This document shows, one piece after another, positions 60,689 to 64,000 of a DNA stretch of 64,000 nt. The stretch's first letter is position 1; each line of letters starts with the position of its first letter. The notes below the pieces were generated by a model, which was not told the DNA's origin, searched no databases, and saw only the letters and a program-made list of their open reading frames with translations. Source of the DNA: an uncultured delta proteobacterium (lineage in GTDB: Bacteria; Desulfobacterota; Binatia; JACPRU01); assembly GCA_963711395.1 (NCBI GenBank), contig CAVQEA010000014.1, positions 15,269-79,268 on the forward strand, written 5' to 3'. The position numbers and the translations under genes were made by a program.

Positions 60689-61573
60689 ATGAAGATCTCA
60701 TCGCTAGGCTACGTCGGCGTCGGCAGCGCGCGCGCCAAGGAATGGGAACGCTTCGGCCCGGAGATCCTCGGCACGCCGCTCTGGACCGAGCCGGACGACG
60801 GCGTCTACCTGCGGCTCGACGAGCGCGCCTATCGCATCGCCGTGCACCCGGCGGCGCGCGACGAGCTCCAGTACGTCGGCTGGGAAGTGTCGGGTCCGGC
60901 GGCGCTCGACGAGGCCGTCGAGGAGCTGCGACGCGCAGGCATCGGCGCCGATCACGGCTCCGCCGAGGATCGTCGCCGCCGGCGGGTCGAAGGGCTCGCC
61001 GCGTTCCGGGACCCGTGGGGAACCCGCCACGAGCTCTTCTACGGCCAGCGCTCGCTCATGTCCTTCCGGCCGACGCGGGACATCTCCGGATTCGTCACCG
61101 GGGAGCTCGGCCTCGGGCACATCGTCCTCGCGGTGCCCGACCTGGGGGCGGCAAGCCACTTCTTCGTCGAGACGCTCGGCTTCCGGATCAGCGACTTCAT
61201 CGACGTCCCCTTCCCGCTCGCCTTCTTTCACTGCAACCCGCGCCACCACACGGTCGCTGTCGGCCACATGGGCCCGCTCGCCGGCCTGCATCACGTGATG
61301 CTCGAGGTGAAGGACCTGAACGACGTCGGCACCACCTACGAGCTCTGCCGCAAGCAGGGCATCCAGCTCTCCATGGACCTCGGCCGGCACTCGAACGACC
61401 GTATGCTGTCGTTCTACGTACGCACGCCGGGCGGCTTCGAGATCGAGTACGGCTGGGGCGGCCTCTTGATCGACGATTCGAAGTGGCAGGTGCTGCGGCT
61501 TCCCAAGCCGAGCTTTTGGGGGCACGAGATGGTGAACCCAACCCCGCCGACGACGATCCGTCCCGTGGAGTGA
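60689..61573 (+). CDS. extradiol ring-cleavage dioxygenase (2,3-dihydroxybiphenyl/catechol 2,3-dioxygenase type, two VOC modules)
   Basis: LGYVGV...ERAYRIAVH...LGHIVLAVPD...FFHCNPRHHTVA...LHHVMLEV...GRHSNDRMLSFYVRTPGGFEIEYG. Intact. Confidence 0.9.
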   Translation: MKISSLGYVGVGSARAKEWERFGPEILGTPLWTEPDDGVYLRLDERAYRIAVHPAARDELQYVGWEVSGPAALDEAVEELRRAGIGADHGSAEDRRRRRVEGLAAFRDPWGTRHELFYGQRSLMSFRPTRDISGFVTGELGLGHIVLAVPDLGAASHFFVETLGFRISDFIDVPFPLAFFHCNPRHHTVAVGHMGPLAGLHHVMLEVKDLNDVGTTYELCRKQGIQLSMDLGRHSNDRMLSFYVRTPGGFEIEYGWGGLLIDDSKWQVLRLPKPSFWGHEMVNPTPPTTIRPVE

Positions 61574-61614
61574 GAGAGCGTCTTTCCGCGGCACGCGCGA
61601 AGGAGGGATTGCCC

Positions 61615-62082
61615 ATGGCAGTGAAGCCCATCCCGGAAGGCTACGCCGGAGCCACTCCGTACCTGTCGATCCGCAACGCGGACGCGGCGATCGACTTCTA
61701 CAAGAAGGCCTTCGGCGCCACGGAGCTACTGCGCATGACGCAGCCTGACGGCCGCGTGGGACACGCCGAGCTGCGCATCGCGGGAGCGATCGTCATGCTT
61801 GCCGACGAGTTCCCGGAGATGGACATCAAGAGCCCGCAGGCCCTCGGAGGCTCTGCGGTGACCATCCACATCTACGTCGAGGACGTCGACCGGTTCGCCG
61901 AGCGCGCGGTCTCCGCCGGCCTCGCGGTGCTCCGGCCCGTCGCCGACCAGTTCTACGGAGACCGCTCCGGATTTTTCCAGGACCCCTTCGGGCATCGCTG
62001 GAGCTTCGCCACCCACAAAGAGGATCTATCGCCCGAGGAGTTGCGCCGCCGCCACGAGGCGCTGGCGAAGCAGCAGAACTGA
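61615..62082 (+). CDS. VOC/glyoxalase-family protein (PhnB-like)
   Basis: RBS AAGGAGGG. MAVKPIPEGYAGATPYLSIRNADAAIDFYKKAFGA...HAELRIAG...DQFYGDRSGFFQDPFGHRWSF. Confidence 0.8.
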   Translation: MAVKPIPEGYAGATPYLSIRNADAAIDFYKKAFGATELLRMTQPDGRVGHAELRIAGAIVMLADEFPEMDIKSPQALGGSAVTIHIYVEDVDRFAERAVSAGLAVLRPVADQFYGDRSGFFQDPFGHRWSFATHKEDLSPEELRRRHEALAKQQN

Positions 62083-62144
62083 GCCGGCATCACCGCCGTG
62101 TGTGGCGAGGTCGCTCCGCTACCGCCGAGGCAGCGCACCCGAGG

Positions 62145-62684
62145 CTAGAAGAACACGCTCAGGTTCTTCGCGAGCACCACGTTCTGGTCGAGCAGGATCG
62201 TGCGCTTGGCGATTTGCCAGCCGTCCGAGGTCTTGCGCAGGACGTCCTCGCGGCGGCCGGCGAACACGTTCAAGTCGGTCTCGAGCCGGCTGCGGTAGAG
62301 CAGGAAGTTCGACGACACGTCGTACTCGGCGCCGCCTGCGCGGGGGCGGATTTGCACGTTCGTCACCAGGTGCCGCGTGCGCGACGGCGGGTCTTCCGCC
62401 CAAGCCATCCCCGTGTCCAGGCGCTTGACGCGCATCTTGAGGCTCGACTTGTCCTCGTCGAAGAAGGCGATCTCGTTCGGCTTGCTGAACTCGAGAGCGC
62501 GCTCGCGCCGGGAGCGATTGTAACGCGTCGGCATCCAGTAGTGGATGTCGTCGGCGAGGATCGCCAGCCACTCGTGAAACTTCCCCTCGTCGAGCAGCGC
62601 CGCCTCCAGGTAAAGGAACTGCTCGATCTCGTGCTGCAGCTCCGGGCTCACCGCGTCCGCCATGTCAGCTCGCTCCGTCTCCAT
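62145..62684 (-). CDS. aromatic ring-hydroxylating dioxygenase, beta (small) subunit
   Basis: [34 protein letters not shown]...RHLVTNV. The start is either 62684 or 62663, the latter 1 nt after the alpha-subunit stop. Confidence 0.9.
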   Translation of the reverse strand: METERADMADAVSPELQHEIEQFLYLEAALLDEGKFHEWLAILADDIHYWMPTRYNRSRRERALEFSKPNEIAFFDEDKSSLKMRVKRLDTGMAWAEDPPSRTRHLVTNVQIRPRAGGAEYDVSSNFLLYRSRLETDLNVFAGRREDVLRKTSDGWQIAKRTILLDQNVVLAKNLSVFF

Positions 62685-63948
62685 TGGTGTCCTTGGTGAG
62701 CAGCTCGAGCCATCGGCGGTAGAAGCTCCGGCCGTTCATCTCGCTGAAGACATGGGTGACACGCCCGGGGAAATCCGGGTCCGTGCGCTCCTCGCCGAGG
62801 CTCATCTGCATGTTGCTGTGCCGATGGCGCGAGACGAAGCCGCGCGTGGCGGCGGAGCACTGGCTCCAGTTCTCGCCGTCTTCCTGCTCGAACATGGCGC
62901 CCGGCCCGAAATTGCGCAGCGTCGCCACGCGAAACGCCTCCTTCACCTCGGGGGACGCGGCCTTGTCGACGAAGATCCACGCCCAGACCTCCATGCGCTG
63001 CGGTCCTTTCGGATGCCAGACGCGCAGCGTCTGCACCTGCGGCAGATAGGACATCGAAGGAAACACCGTGGCGTGCGCCGCCTTGATCTTGTTCGGCCGT
63101 ACCGGTCCGAGGCGCCGCTCCGCCTCGGCCATGCTGTCGACGGTGAGGTACTTGCCGCAGACGGGTCCCATGATGAGCGGCGTGAGGTCGCCCTCCGTGA
63201 AGAAGCCCGTGCCGTGGCCGTTGCCGGCATCGACCTGGATGCCCTCCTTCAAGGCGGACGCCACGACCGCCGGGCTCATGCCCTCCGGAAGCCAGGCCAT
63301 GATCGCCGACGAGTGCGTCGGCCCGACGTGGTGCATGTCCTGAACGAAGTTCTCGGCGCCGAACTTCCAGTTCGCCTCGATCACCCACTTCTGCACGCCG
63401 CCGATGAGCTCGATGCCCCCCTCTCGACGATCGAGCACCAGGTCGAGGTACCAAGCCATGTCGCCGAGATACTCCGCGAGCGTCGGCGCCCCGGGATCGA
63501 AGGAGGCGAAGATCATGCCTTTGTAGCTCTCGATGCGCGCGACCGGGTGAAGGCCCCATCGCCGCTTGTCGAGCCCGCGGTAGTGCTCCTCGTAGGGCAC
63601 GCCGACCAGCGCGCCGCCCATGTCGTACGTCCAGCCGTGGTACGTGCAGGTGAACGACTTGGCGTTGCCGAGATCTGCGCGACACACCCTCATGCCGCGG
63701 TGGCTGCAGGAATTGAGAAACGCCTTCACCGAGCCGTCGCCTTGACGAACGACGAGCACGGGGTCCTCGCCCATGTAGGTGGCGAAGAAATCGCCGGCCT
63801 TGGGAATCTGCGACTCGTGGGCGAGGAACAGCCAGCAGCGGGCGAAGATGCGCTCGAGCTCGAGCTCGTAGATCGACGGATCGGAATAGACCAGGCGACT
63901 GATCGTCCCCTCGTCGAGGTTTACGAGACCACGTGGATCCGTTGGCAT
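62665..63948 (-). CDS. aromatic ring-hydroxylating dioxygenase, alpha (large, Rieske + mononuclear Fe) subunit
   Basis: From MPTDPRG at 63948. Rieske CSHRGMRVC...CTYHGWTY. Catalytic-domain [22 protein letters not shown]. Intact. Confidence 0.92.
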   Translation of the reverse strand: MPTDPRGLVNLDEGTISRLVYSDPSIYELELERIFARCWLFLAHESQIPKAGDFFATYMGEDPVLVVRQGDGSVKAFLNSCSHRGMRVCRADLGNAKSFTCTYHGWTYDMGGALVGVPYEEHYRGLDKRRWGLHPVARIESYKGMIFASFDPGAPTLAEYLGDMAWYLDLVLDRREGGIELIGGVQKWVIEANWKFGAENFVQDMHHVGPTHSSAIMAWLPEGMSPAVVASALKEGIQVDAGNGHGTGFFTEGDLTPLIMGPVCGKYLTVDSMAEAERRLGPVRPNKIKAAHATVFPSMSYLPQVQTLRVWHPKGPQRMEVWAWIFVDKAASPEVKEAFRVATLRNFGPGAMFEQEDGENWSQCSAATRGFVSRHRHSNMQMSLGEERTDPDFPGRVTHVFSEMNGRSFYRRWLELLTKDTNGDGAS

Positions 63949-64000
63949 CGCGGCGCCCTCCCCGGGCTGTCTCACAATGTGATACGGCTTCTCAGTTCTG

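Noticed and set aside
60145-62082. 645-aa plus-strand ORF spanning the hydrolase, dioxygenase and VOC genes
   Set aside because: It is an Arg/Ala-rich shadow frame for most of its length. Only the last 155 codons (61615-62082) encode a recognisable VOC/PhnB-like protein.
49722-63948. Interpretation of the catabolic cluster as a steroid (Hsa/Ksh) degradation locus
   Set aside because: HsaC/HsaD/HsaEFG-like functions and many CoA enzymes would fit. However, the oxygenase here has separate alpha and beta subunits plus a Rieske ferredoxin (bph/nah-type three-component system), not a KshA/KshB or HsaAB arrangement. No other steroid markers were seen.
1-64000. CRISPR arrays, long tandem repeats, rRNA genes, IS elements with terminal inverted repeats
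   Set aside because: Reading through the window I saw no regularly spaced direct repeats, no transposase-like ORFs and no rRNA-like sequence. This was a visual scan only, so short or degenerate repeats could have been missed.

Overview
High-GC bacterial chromosomal window (GC judged by eye, not computed), probably from an uncultured soil or sediment lineage; the taxon cannot be determined from the sequence. Most long opposite-strand ORFs in the track are Arg/Ala/Gly-rich shadow ORFs. Left to right: a 5'-truncated DGQHR (DndB-like) protein; an F420/LLM oxidoreductase and CoA-transferases; a 1.1-kaa hybrid histidine kinase; a HIT protein. Next is a translationally coupled 4-gene operon (11.4-15.6 kb): coiled-coil protein, Roadblock-like/TM/OmpA protein, Ras/Rab-like small GTPase, class III adenylate cyclase. 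This operon is my best candidate for an undescribed signalling system. Then come an internally deleted arylsulfatase, an outer-membrane barrel, a K+ channel-like gene and tRNA-Leu(CAA). A visibly AT-richer accessory stretch (~20-31.4 kb) follows. It holds an SGNH hydrolase, a GDPD, an AurF-like diiron protein, aqpZ, a stand-alone NusA N-terminal-domain homolog, small Zn-ribbon and phage-like ORFs, and a truncated integrase. After that: SDR/P450, an EmrAB-like efflux pair, an OmpR/HK/DegP module, a BacA/SbmA-type ABC transporter, GST, a second channel paralog, rhomboid, SDR and CoA-transferase genes. The right end (49.7-64 kb) is an IclR-linked aromatic catabolic cluster: Rieske dioxygenase alpha/beta, ferredoxin, extradiol dioxygenase, MCP hydrolase, hydratase/ALDH/aldolase, plus a BadH/BadK/AliA/AliB-like CoA module. 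Some segments (33.8-36.5, 44.9-45.8, 47.2-47.9, 55.4-59.8 kb) are riddled with frameshifts while neighbouring multi-kb stretches are intact. Frameshift positions are approximate, inferred by stitching ORF-track frames. No alignments, searches or statistics were run.
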